The translations under genes were made by a program, and so were the position numbers. From Ylistrum balloti (taxonomy: Eukaryota), in contig NW_026782207.1 in assembly GCF_031769215.1 (NCBI RefSeq), positions 620,001-684,000 on the forward strand: a stretch of 64,000 nt of DNA, given 5' to 3'. The notes under the pieces were generated by a model, which saw nothing but the letters and a program-made list of their open reading frames with translations, was not told where the DNA came from and did not search any database. Shown piece after piece: positions 37,401-64,000 of this stretch (the stretch's first letter is position 1; each line of letters starts with the position of its first letter).

Positions 37401-37709
37401 AATGCACTATTTTACAAAATTCATACAGATTTCAGTTTTGATCATCTTAACAAGGAAACATGAGTTCTATACACTAACAGTCTTGAGCCTCCCATACAAA
37501 CTGTACATCAACAACTAGTTATGAGTGTAAAGCCCCGCTATATTCTGTACATATATGAGCTATACACTGCTATATAAAATATATCAATAGTTCAACAGTA
37601 ACAGTTAGCCCCTATGCCTGACACAGGAGACCCATCATTTCTTACTATATCACAGATTAAGTTAAATATATATAAATTGCCTCCTTGAAAAATCAATGCC
37701 TCTTTTTTT

Positions 37710-62966
<25,257 letters not shown>

Positions 62967-63704
62967 CTACAAACACAAACACAGGAATACAGCGTAAAAA
63001 TAAAGGGCTCAATACCTTCTGAATTACATTGCTTACAAGCTTATGCATTATACACTCAAAACTAGCATTAAAAGATTTGAGAGAAACAAAACTGAGCTAT
63101 TTCATTAACAGTACTTCTATGGAATAAGGATGGAAATGAAAAGAGACAATATAAAATTCATTCATTATGCCTTGTTGTGTACACTTCCTCCAAAATAATC
63201 ATACATCATTACAAAGATTGATTGAACGAAAAAATAATTAAGAAGTAGAATTTGAAAATACAGGAAAAATCAAACATTTGAAGGTAAACCTAATCTTTAT
63301 GCCAAGGTCAGAATCATCAACTTCTTGATTAAGGCACAAATGTATAGACAACTTTAGCTTATTATGTTAACAACAAAATTACTATTACGTCATTGCCTAC
63401 TGCGGTGTCAATTAGGACTGTGATAATGGCCTAACACTGTAATGAGACAATGAGTTACTCAGCACCTGTACCATCTCGGTAAAGCATGATCACAGAATGT
63501 AGTCAACACTTACAGGCTAACTGTACATATACTAATTTATAGCTTAGAAATAGAGCCCAATTTTACCTCTGTACTTTGTCATCCTTGAGTAATCACTAAT
63601 TAACTAATTGAATTAAAAGCTGCACCTGTGTTATGTGTTTGTTGCTATCCTATTCAATGATTCACTGGAAATAGTAGGGAAAATGATGTTGGGGGAGGAG
63701 GGGG

Positions 63705-64000
63705 ATTTACCTACCTAGAGGAATTAACCAAGAGAGGGAGGGGCTTCCTACCTAGAGGGTAAATTGGAGGGGACACACTGTCTACCACAAGAATGTAAAC
63801 AGGAGGGGACACACTGTCTACCAAGAGAATGTAACCAGGAGGGGACACACTGTCTACCAAGAGAATGTAACCAGGAGGGGTTCAGGCTGACTACCAAGAG
63901 AATGTAACCAGTAGGGGACACACTGTCTACCAAGAGAATGTAACCAGGAGGGGTTCAGGCTGTCTACCAAGAGAATGTAACCAGGAGAGGTTCAGGCTGT
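63705..64000. repeat. 36-bp tandem repeat running off the window end
   Basis: ACCAAGAGAATGTAACCAGGAGGGGACACACTGTCT, with a GGTTCAGGCTGTCT variant. Confidence 0.9.

Overview
AT-rich animal genomic DNA, most likely a bivalve mollusc (inferred from SINE and repeat style), with two N-gaps (3643-3875 and 15864-16089). It holds two long multi-exon genes that I reconstructed exon by exon with consistent GT-AG phases. TATDN3 is on + (16634-29234, 12 exons, 281 aa). HEATR5B is on - (33 exons, 62966 down to 37710, 1859 aa; the ~200 N-terminal aa lie beyond the window). Convergent with TATDN3 is a small 2-exon gene resembling SPATA45 (-, 32154-30389, 88 aa), which would reproduce the human TATDN3/SPATA45 neighbourhood. 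At 5312-5108 (-) is a first coding exon of an unidentified MGCGPS-type lipidated protein. About 11 kb is minisatellite. There is also an internally deleted hAT transposon with a near-perfect 8-bp TSD, a MITE, tRNA-derived SINEs and Penelope-type relics. Highlights: (1) four independent tandem duplications seeded exactly on exon-intron junctions, giving up to ~40 decoy splice sites; (2) an apparently intact minimal type I hammerhead ribozyme, a dead paralogue and a third hammerhead-like element; (3) the SPATA45-like gene and its possible deep microsynteny with TATDN3. Most ORFs in the supplied track are repeat-derived or spurious.
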